From NCBI GenBank assembly GCA_965645245.1, contig OZ287084.1:1488001-1552000 (forward strand): a stretch of 64,000 nucleotides of DNA. The letters run 5' to 3'. This document shows, piece after piece, positions 37,301 through 47,408 of the stretch (position 1 is its first letter; each line of letters opens with the position of its first letter). The DNA is from Massalongia carnosa. Taxonomy: Eukaryota. Under the pieces are notes generated by a model. The model searched no databases and was not told where the DNA came from. It worked only from the letters and a program-made list of their open reading frames with translations. Made by a program: the position numbers and the translations under genes.

Positions 37301-39552
37301 ATGGGCTTATTGTGAGTCGAGCCAGTCAAATCGACCCGTGAGAGAATGACGATTACCGTCGGCCTGAAGAGATGTTTGGCAACCGCTCGACTGGCCAGAC
37401 ACGAAGAAGGTAGCAAACCAAGTGCGACTATGTGGATCTGTAGTATGTAGTATAGGCTCCTTCACGATGATCGTCCGCTGAACGTGAGATTAGAATCTGT
37501 TGGCCTTATGGCGCAATGCCAGAGGAAGGGCAGGGGATGCCTTTCTGTGGGGTGACGAGGTAAATGTTCAACCTGTAAAAACAACAGCACTTGCACTTAT
37601 CAACGCCCAGATTGAGTACTTGATTGTGTCTTTCCATGACCGCGAGAGAGAGGCAAGGCTGTGTCTATGACAAGAACATCTTTTGAAAGGAATCTACAAG
37701 CAGAGATCCATACGTTATGACTCGACAAATCCTGTGCACCCTATATTCATACAGGAAGTAGGAAGCTTCAATATTGAAAGGACACCTGGAAAACCATGGG
37801 GTTTGCCTCGGAGGATTTATTGGATGTGGAGGTAAACATGAACTAAAGGTCAGTCCGGCATTCAAATCAAATGAGAGGGCTGAAAGTCTGATTCTCAAAA
37901 CAAGACGAGTAATTGGTCAAGAGCAACTGAATTCAAACGAGCGTCTAATGACCTTGACTAACTTTCCACGAATGGGAACAACGATCAATCCAACGGCAAT
38001 GCAAAATCTGCTTGATACAGAAGTTCTACGATCCCAGTATCTGCCTGATGAGATGCTGGGGCCGCTCGTTAAAAATAAAACCATGCCAGCCAATATTCGC
38101 TCACGAAGAGGCCGAAAAGTGGAACTGAATTCCCCAGTGTTTAGGGACGAGAACACGCCATGGCCTTTCCATGATCCAACGGTGAACTATAACCTTCATC
38201 GATGGCCCGAAGACGACGATGTTCGCAACGGCGCTGTGAAGGAGAATCATATTTACATGGATAACTTGTTGTTCGGCGTCGGAAGCTGCTGTTTGCAGGT
38301 CACAATGCAAGCCCAGAATATTGACGAAGCCCGAATTATGTATGATCAATTAATTCCGCTCGGTCCTATAATGCTTGCTTTAACTGCTGGAACGCCAATA
38401 TCTAAGGGGCTTTTAGCCGATACAGATGCTCGATGGAATCAAAACGGATTAGCTATGGACGACAGAACGGACAAGGAGTTGGGAGAATAGGTGATCATAG
38501 GAAGATGTAAGCTTTCTTTTTTCGTTCGTTAACATCGTTACTGTTCAGCCTCTTCAGCAAGGTCGATGGAGAATACCGAAATCTAGAGCCGCGTCTAATT
38601 CAACCTACATTGCTCAGGATCAACGGTTACGAGATGAGTATTTAGATGACGCATTACATATTGATGTAGACATCAAACGGATATCAATCGATGGTGGTAT
38701 GGAAAAGTTTCTAGCTACTCGTTTCGCACATCTTTTCATCCGCGATCCGCTCTTCCTTTACGAGGAAGGATTGAAATCACTTGATACCAGTAAAACGAAT
38801 CACTTTAAGATCATCCAAGCCACCAACTATCAGCATCTACACTTTAAGCCACCGCCATCCCAAAAATCCGACATCGGATGGCGGGTCGAATTCAGGCCGA
38901 TGGAAGTGCTTGATTTCGAAAACGCCGCCTTTGCAGTATTCATGATCTTTATGTCTAGAGTTATCCTAGATTAGGGATTAAACCTCTACATTCCAATCAT
39001 CAAGTTCAATGAGAACATGGAGATAGCGCATGCTCGCGACGCGGTGTTGTCGCGGAAATTTCACTTCCGTAGAATCATTCTTCCAGCTCCCACCCCACGA
39101 GAAGGCGTTCATACCGCCGAGGTAGCTCCTGGTTCCAACAACTCATCGCCCGAAACGACTATCAACGATCCTGTGGAAAGCGAGTACCGACTAATGACCA
39201 TCAACGAGATCCTTAGCGGCAACACGTCCACTTCAACGCCTTTTGTCGGCTTGATTCCGCTCGTAAAACAATATTTCGGAGAGACCAAGTTCAGTATCGA
39301 GGCGAAAGCCTAAGTCAACTCGTATCTGGATCTCATTGCGAAACGGGCTAGTGGCGAGCATTGGACGAGCGCCAAGTGGATCAGCCATTTCGTGCGGGAG
39401 CATCAGGAGCATGCACGCGATAGCTTTGTTAGCGAGAAGGTAAATTATGAACTGTTAAAAGTAGTGGAAGAAATAACGATGCTGGAGTGTCGAAGTAGGT
39501 GGGCAAGGGAGATGTTGGGAAGCTGGGCCGGGCTGAGTTTTATGAAATTATA
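37301..39552 (+). pseudogene. GCS1: Divergent glutamate-cysteine ligase (gamma-GCS catalytic subunit) paralog, pseudogene
   Basis: MGLL then an intron, FLWGDE|IEY, ANIRSRRGRKV, HIYMD..GSCCLQVT, FAHLFIRDP, GWRVEFRPMEV. In-frame stops near 37668, 37846, 38488, 38972 and 39311 and a frameshift near 37810. Confidence 0.9.
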
Positions 39553-39561
39553 GATTCACTT

Positions 39562-39784
39562 TGTAGGTATAGTCGCATGATTGTCATTGAAGGTATGGAT
39601 TATATGTGAGCTATCTACACATTATATAGCAGTCACATTGAAGACTTTCCGGCGACCCCCTTTCATAGGGAGTAAGCTGGTCCACTGATTTTCGGTTCCC
39701 GGAGGTCACTTCGGCCCCCATGGTAGGGTTACCGAAGACAGGCACTAGATGGATGCCCATGATGGTAGTCCTTACCATCTAACA
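39562..39784 (-). mobile_element. Probable solo LTR
   Basis: TG...CA ends and a minus-strand TATA near 39623-39629; no clear TSD. Confidence 0.45.
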
Positions 39785-40005
39785 GTCCTTACCATCTAAC
39801 AGTCCTTACCATCTAACAGTCCTTACCATCTAACAGTCCTTACCATCTAACAGTCCTTACCATCTAACAGTCCTTACCATCTAACAGTCCTTACCATCTA
39901 ACAGTCCTTACCATCTAACAGTCCTTACCATCTAACAGTCCTTACCATCTAACAGTCCTTACCATCTAACAGTCCTTACCATCTAACAGTCCTTACCATC
40001 TAACA
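39768..40005. repeat. Perfect tandem array, 14 x 17 bp (gtccttaccatctaaca)
   Basis: 238 bp = 14 identical units with no spacers. Confidence 0.97.
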
Positions 40006-40876
40006 ACTAGATGGATGTTAGATGGTAGTCCTTACCACCTAACAAGTTTCATAGAAACATTTTGACTTATTTTTTCACAAGAAGGTTAATCGAAAGTTTT
40101 GGAGACATCAGAAGCTAAAAATATCGGGTTTCGAATCTTCTTCATAGGAACAAAATATATCAAACTTTTCGTGTAGCATCAGTTCCGAGAGAAACGATGA
40201 CTGTTTGATAGCGAAGATATGTTTGAACCAACGATGATTATTTGCTAAAGTGAAGCAGAAGCGGCTACGTGTCAAGACCCCGAGAGGTCTCGCCCCGTGG
40301 CAAAATCACGTCTAGTTATATCATAACAGTGTGCGATAGACTCATCGTGTGATTATGACTTCGAGAAGGAAATATCTTGATCTATTCAGCCTCATAAATA
40401 GCTAGTTGTCGTTCATTTTCAACCTTTTCAGCCCCTATCTATGGCTCCTGTTCATCCATTGCCTGTACACTCACACCTTATACTACACGCCATATTGATT
40501 CATGAAAGGTCTAATCTACGCGGAGTGCGAGAACGAGTCAAATAAATTCCTTGTCCGATAGTAATACACCGGATCCCTAGATGGGATGCCTGTAGTTGTT
40601 CGTGAACCTTGGCTATATAGGTGCAAAGAAAGAAGCACTTGAAAACATATTCAATATCGGAGCATTTGACATTCTGATACCACGTGCTAGATCTCTCTCA
40701 TTGACGTAGTCCTAGTCATTGAGGAGATGAGTTGATCCACTGATGCATGACACGGATATCTAGAAGAAATATTTCTTTGTTTATTATCTGCAGAGATTCT
40801 ATCTAAACTTACAAGAATGCAGTATAGTCTAATCGAATCATCGCAGTCAACAATCGACATTGTCTAACATCAACAG

Positions 40877-43604
40877 TCATCTCTTATCGAGGCGGTTCTC
40901 TTTCATCGTGATCATCAGTCCGAATGCGAGCAGGGAGCTATAGAGCGAGATCAATGTCGGAATCGTATGTCAGTACGTTCTCATCACGATGCATGAACGC
41001 CTTTTCAACTGACTATGTATATACTCAAATCCTTGAATATATGGGCTGCTAACAATTTGAATTACATCTAAAGGCAATGTCTAGATATTGTTGGTGCTAT
41101 CAAGGACTTTGTGAATAATCTAAAAACAGCTTGGTTGTTAGTCAAAGAATAAACTTGTCTGTTTTTTTATTTGGGCTCTCAAGAGAACCACACGGATGGG
41201 TCAATCCTAACCTCTTCGCCATCTGCTCTGCCTTGAAATTTCAGATTCAACCCGCGCTTGGAAGTCCCCTGCAACTCAGCGTTGCAAATACTCATCCCCA
41301 TGACTTCGCCAATATTCATACTGAGGTAATAACCTGTACCCGCGATCGCTGTCTGCCAACGATATTGGGTCCCACGAAGACTGCAGCCGTGACAATGCCG
41401 CAGCCAAATCCGGAGGGAAAAACGTACAGGGATTCGAAGATGTTGGTCTGACCGTGCCAGCGTAGGACGAGGAGGAGGAAGCTGAAGCTGGCGGAAAGAT
41501 GCCCAACAAGAGTCAAGCGCTTATATCGGCCTGTTCTACAGCAAGTACAGACATGTGGATTAGTGGTTGCTCAGCCAATGGGCGGGGTTGCTCTTTACCG
41601 TCTGATGATTACACCGGCAAGAAGGATACCCGATGCAGTACCAACTGTGACTGGGAGAAGATGCGCAGCTCCTGCTGCATTGGAAGCCTGGCTAGAAATT
41701 CGGAAGTAGAGAGCGCAAGAGGACGTGAGCTGATCTCGATCCCAGTTAAAGAAATCACCAGACGGATGGAAATAGGGACTTTACACTAAGCTGAGCCATG
41801 TTTTGTAGACAAACGACGAGATAAGAGGTGATGACGGTTCGTTGAGTCAGTAGAGGCAGGGATAACATAGGATCTCGAGCAATATGAGCCTCTACCAGCC
41901 AGAATAGAAGAGTCTTTCCTGCCCAGAGGCCAGACAAGCCGATTACCACTGGGTTCAGAAAATCCAGTTTCTTGACTGCCCAGTTTACAGCGAGAAGAAA
42001 GGTTAAAATCGAGGAAACCAAATATACAGATACAACGAAATCGATCCGTCCAAGCTTCGAGATGAACTCCTTGGCTTCATCATCCGCGGTCCCAGAATGA
42101 GGATGTTACTGGCGGTCAGGTTCCTTGTCAGACTTGAGTTTCTTCCATATCAGAGTGACTAGGAAAACGGCCAAAGGTCCCTGCACGGTGAAAGACCTGC
42201 TTCATAATTAGAATGGCCAATCGTGAACCGCATAGTCGTCCGTATCAATGCTATCCGATGGAATCGGCAAGGACGCCACCCAATACGAATCCCAAACTCC
42301 TTCCGGATGTAGCCGCGACATACGTGTAACTCTTCCAGACAGCTACATCGGCCAAAGGAAGGTAGTCTAGAGGACATAAGCAGTCACATTCTAAACGGTA
42401 TGCCAAAAATTAGCTGAGATGAGGGATCAAACCGGTATTCAAGATGGAATCCAATGTGGTCATGCCGGCTTCTCCTATGCCGGAGATTGCTCGACCAAGG
42501 ACGACCTGCTAGAATGACGTTCCTAGCCCACTGAAGGGCGAAGTTCGACTATTAGCGAAAATAATCATGTTTCAATGCATCAGAGAAAGGGCAAGACCAT
42601 AAAGTGTGTACAAGGCCAGTGTAATTCGCGGGCTCCATCGTGTCGTCAGAACATCATATAATTACTATCTATGTTTGGGCAACCCCCCTTCGCTGCTGCT
42701 ATGCTGGCGCTCAGTTTTGCTGAGGGCCCCGCCTATAATGGCTTTATTATGACAGCGGTGATGGGTGGGTGGGCAAAAGACCTTTTGGTGGTGAACTCCG
42801 AATCAATGGTGATGATGAGGAGAAGAGTATCAAAAGGCCACCTATTTATGCTCTTTTTCTCCCCTTTCTGTCTAACTATTTGGACATCATCGACCTTCGG
42901 CCTTCGTCGGCTATCCACGGCCTGCCTCCACTCGGTCCCGGCATTACCTTTCGCTCTAGCCGAATTACTTTAGTCGACACTGAGATTTTCATTGACCTGA
43001 CAAAGCATCCAAGACCAGAAAGACTATAGGCCGTCATAAGCATCGATTTGCGTCGAAAGATATCACCTAATCTACCATACTATCAGCAAAAACATACAGA
43101 CCAGGCAACTCAACGGTAGTGCTTTGAGCCCTGAGGGTGTACTTTACTAGCTGTTGAGCTGTACATGGTCCCACATGATAATTGGAGATGAGCCAAACGG
43201 TATCTTCGAGTTTGCCGAAATCGGAGCTAATCGTATCGTATGTGGCCAGAATCATAGTTGAGTCGGCACTCGCCAAAAACACGCCTGAGAGATAAGCACC
43301 GATACAAGTTCGCGGATATACTTTGGTCAAGGTTGGATGAAGATGCGCTCACCAAGTAGCAGCACGAATGTCACACCCTTTAACGTGGCCTTGGCCGATT
43401 CAGCACCTCCAACGGCAGTATTTATGGCCTAGTCGGTTAGGAGGGAAAGAGTCCCCGGTGGAAATCTTTCTATATCTCGGTTTGCGCCTATTTTTTTTAC
43501 GGGCTTGACAACCATGACTGGAAATCCAAACGAACGATTAATTGGGACGCGGTCTGTAGTAATGGGGTTCTCTCATTCTCGTTACTGTGTATAGGGCGTC
43601 TCAT
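40877..43604 (-). pseudogene. MFS transporter (Vba/DHA2-like) pseudogene
   Basis: NERTPLL N-terminus, GVFLASADSTMILATYDTISSDF, KLGRIDF..LVEAHIARDPMLSLPLL, C-terminal MITMKENRL. Contains stops and a repeat insertion at 42671-42972. Confidence 0.7.
42671..42972. mobile_element. Terminal-repeat fragment of the probable DIRS/Ngaro-like element
   Basis: Reverse-complement similarity to 12452-12660; ends gccgaattac. Confidence 0.5.
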
Positions 43605-44309
43605 AGTTGAAGCAACGACGAGAGAATATTCATTAACCCACCACGACCAAGGTTAGAATGGAAGATGTTGGAAAGAAATGACATCCTTCTAGCAAGTCGT
43701 TGATGATATCATAAGAAGGGGAAGTTCTGAAGAACTTTCGAACATCCGTGATGGCGAACAAATGCGATGCCCCCCGAGGAGCTCCTCGGACAATTACTAG
43801 CATTCACATTGCAGACACTCGGTAACAGCGTAGACACTCCTGACGCGCAGAAGTTCGCAGGATCCACTATTAGGCGTCACGTGTAAGCCTATCGCTGGAT
43901 CGGTTCATTCGAGTGGCGTACGCCCCAAGAAAATCCTACAGAGCGACATCGGACGTGAGAGCGCAGCGTATCCCAGAACAATATTTTGTCATACGGTAAT
44001 GACGTCGTGGGTGAGTCCCCAATATCGCAATTGGTTACTCGACAGATTAGACTTTTCACTCCAGTGATCGGTCCATCTCCGATCCAATATCTATCCGTAA
44101 TGCACAACACCTGGCGGATGCAAACGAATATGCTCATTATGTAACTAGCCGAGAACGACGCATGAGATGCAACCAAGAAAGTTTTTCATTAATTCCCATC
44201 CGATCTTATCTGATCTGTGCAACTACGGATCGATTGATATAATATTAAAAAATAGAGAAGATAGTAAGTAGATTATGTTTACGCCGCGCAACGGGTTGGG
44301 TTTTCGCCA

Positions 44310-44650
44310 GAAAACACCTCCATAATAAGTCAAGTCCCCACACTATGCCTAACTGGGTTAGGCGGGACCTTATTGTCTTGGTGGTTGTTTTGGCTGTACG
44401 TATCCCACATAGCCATATAGGCCAGTCTTACGTTCAACGAACGCATACTAGGCCTACCCTATTACAATTACATGCTCTGGAGTTTGTCTGTGACAGCCAC
44501 ATGAGCAGGCCGGTGAGGTGACGGAGGGCACCCGTTGCTTGTAGAGGAAGTCAGCTAACCCGATCTTGCCAGTGCGTATTTGTTGTTAGAGCGCTCTCTG
44601 CCTTTTTTAGCTGCGTGTGTATTTTCAGCCGTTTTTTGCTCAGTGGGACT
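44310..44650 (-). mobile_element. LINE 3' fragment
   Basis: QIRTGKIGLADFLYKQRVPSVTSPACSCGCHRQTPEHV zinc-knuckle, followed by the UTR shared with 7173-7329. Confidence 0.75.
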
Positions 44651-44812
44651 GATTGTGCTATGGAGGGTTCGATGACGCTATTATTATCTATTATATATAC
44701 AAATATAATTATTTATCTATTTTATAATTTATAATTTATGAATCAGAATTCAATCGATATTAATTAGCAAATAATTACTTATTATTATTTGAATTTTCGA
44801 AATTTATTGCAT

Positions 44813-44851
<39 letters not shown>

Positions 44852-45828
44852 CTTATTCCGATGTGGTACCGGCCGAAGGCCGGCCCATGCGGGCGAGTCT
44901 ATCTAGTTTTATAGTACATGGAAACCCTTTTGAGGAAGAAAAACCATGCAATCCTCCGGGTCCCAGCCGTGTGCTCCATGAAAAAACCTTTGACCTAAGA
45001 CAAGTATGAAAAATGAAACAAAGCATGCCTACTGTTAGCAGTATAGATGCTGTGCTGTCAGCGAAATTGTGACAACAAACCTGTCTTCATTAGCCACTTT
45101 GTGACTAATTTCATTGCTTTAGATGACTCAGTGATTAATCGATAGTTGTTTGTGCCTATCGTATTTAGCAGAGTTTTTCTGCTGTCGTTGAGGTTGCAAA
45201 ACATGATCACATGTTTTGCAGTCTGTTTGTGCCAGCCACATGAGCAATTCGGGGACGAGACGTCTGGGACTCGGTGTCTATGTAGGAAGGCGGCTAGGCC
45301 TATCTTTTCTGAGCGTATTGTCATGGAGTGACTGGGCACCTGCCAGTTAGTTCATTGAATCAACTTTAGCTGCTTGAACGAAGCACTAGCCGGTTAGCCG
45401 ATCCGAAAGGAACTAAGCTTAATCCGGTTCAGTCAGGGCAAAGGTAAGTGTTCCGACCGTCAATAGTGTCATGGCGATAGTTTCATGCTAGGGACTTGGG
45501 GAAATTGGATCAACGGCTGGATTGGGACTAGTTCCGTTCGCCAGAGTCTTATACTCGCCCACGTTGGATTTTCTGTTTCTTTTCTCCTTGTCGAACGTCT
45601 TGTCCACCTAGCTAGACAATCAAGTGTAATAGCGCGGCAATACAGGACTGCGCTAGCTCCTGAGATGACTCACCCAAGAAGACCGGGTGACTGATAATCC
45701 GGATGCTTAGTCATGATAAGGCGGATAGCAATACTAAGCCATCAGCAATCAGCCTTACCAGTTTATTAGGCAGCAACTGAAGCTATTCAGATAAGCCTCG
45801 ATCTCATGGGAGGCCTGGGACGCCTAGG

Positions 45829-45985
45829 AGACCTCAGCTGAAGGCAACAAGGCTATCTGCTAGACCTCAGCTGAAGGCAACAAGGCTATCTGCTAGACCT
45901 CAGCTGAAGGCAACAAGGTTATCTGCTAGACCTCAGCTGAAGGCAGCAAGGCTATCTACTAGACCTCAGCTGAAGGCAACAAGGC
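45829..45985. repeat. About 4.7 x 33-bp tandem repeat in LTR U3 (also 51865-52021)
   Basis: Unit agacctcagctgaaggcaacaaggctatctgct. Confidence 0.9.
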
Positions 45986-46253
45986 AGACAGGTAACCAGA
46001 CAAGTAGTTAGTAAATAGGACCCCAAGGGGTATATAGAAAGCTCGATTCCCATCTTCAGGGAATCAGCTTTTAGCTTTAGCACCTACCAATCTATTAGCA
46101 GTCACACTGAGCATTATAACCCATAAGGACTAGTGTCTACTGTCCCTCTTATAATTCTAAAAGCTCCATATCTTAGGATAGCTTGGTCCGACTGTTGATA
46201 GTTCAATCCTATCACACCTACCGTCCAAACAATTCAACCTATTTATCGTCAAC

Positions 46254-47408
46254 ATGAACACACGAGGACGAGGCGGCCAGAATTCGGCCAATCCCACGTC
46301 CAATCAGGGTGATGACCTACTGGACTACGATACGCTGGAACAAACACCACCAAACCAGCTAATCGACGAGATTAGAGTCATGCAGGCCCATTTGACCGAA
46401 CAGACAGCAGCCATGCAGGCCCAGGCCACCTTATTGACTCAGCAAAGTACCCGTCTCGCTGCCAATGAAAGGGAACTAGAACGACTACACGAGGAAAGAG
46501 AGCCTCGTCGTCCTCGCTCCATGGAACGATCTGTCAGGTATAACCTCAAAGCTAAGTCGCCCGACCCGTACTATGGCAAGGACCATAAGACCTTGTTCGA
46601 ATTCACCAGACAATGCGAGGCTGTCTTTAACACTAGTGGCATGCCTGAAACGGAACAAGATCGTCGTATAGCCTATGCAGGCAGCTACCTTCGAGACACC
46701 CCTAGCGACAATTGGCATGAGATACTATCACGAGGGGGTCATCTGAATCTTACCTGGAAGGAGTTCAAAAAGAACCTCATGAATCAACTAGGCTCTACAG
46801 AAGTTTTCAAAGATCGAACCTGGATGCAGTACCATCATGCACAACAACGTCCCAATGATACTGTTCAATCCTTTGCGGCCTACTTACAACGCCTACGAAC
46901 AATATTAGCCGATGCAGATCCGGAACATCCTATTACCGAAGAACAGATGGTCCAGAAGCTTCGTACGGGAGTCATACCAATAATTCGGAATTCCTTAGCA
47001 CTAGGTCATCGACATCCCGCTACCATAGCGGAATTCATCAGTGATGCACAACTAGCTGAGGGAGCGGCTGTGTTGCCATCATCAACAGGTAGAGGCTACT
47101 CCAGGCGGGAGCAAGGTGCCCAGGCTTCTAACGATCAGGGCCGCCGAGAACCATATCCAACTAATCATCGCGGAGGTCGAGGCGGAAGAGGTCATCGAGG
47201 TAGTCACCACGGAAGAGGCAATAGAGGCGGAAGAGGCCGAGGCGGCAGGAATGCGGCTCCGGCTGGTACTAGCGCGCCGTCGACAAATAGCAATGCCATT
47301 CCGCTAGGCACTGTGACCGAGATACAAGATAATAACAAGAATAGCTGCTATAATTGTGGATCCCTCGAACATTGGGTAAAAGACTGTCCCCATCCAAAAA
47401 AAGCATAG
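46254..47408 (+). CDS. gag: Retrotransposon Gag (384 aa, CCHC knuckle)
   Basis: PDPYYG..F..QCE capsid-like region, RGG tract, CYNCGSLEHWVKDC. Confidence 0.93.
   Translation: MNTRGRGGQNSANPTSNQGDDLLDYDTLEQTPPNQLIDEIRVMQAHLTEQTAAMQAQATLLTQQSTRLAANERELERLHEEREPRRPRSMERSVRYNLKAKSPDPYYGKDHKTLFEFTRQCEAVFNTSGMPETEQDRRIAYAGSYLRDTPSDNWHEILSRGGHLNLTWKEFKKNLMNQLGSTEVFKDRTWMQYHHAQQRPNDTVQSFAAYLQRLRTILADADPEHPITEEQMVQKLRTGVIPIIRNSLALGHRHPATIAEFISDAQLAEGAAVLPSSTGRGYSRREQGAQASNDQGRREPYPTNHRGGRGGRGHRGSHHGRGNRGGRGRGGRNAAPAGTSAPSTNSNAIPLGTVTEIQDNNKNSCYNCGSLEHWVKDCPHPKKA

Noticed and set aside
32331..39784. Pack-MULE that captured the GCS gene
   Set aside because: The MULE has its own G-initiated end at 34292, so the ligase lies outside it; no 9-bp TSD was found.
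39768..40005. CRISPR array or telomere tract
   Set aside because: There are no spacers and no cas genes; the array is interstitial and its unit matches a mobile-element end. A telomeric identity cannot be supported from this window.
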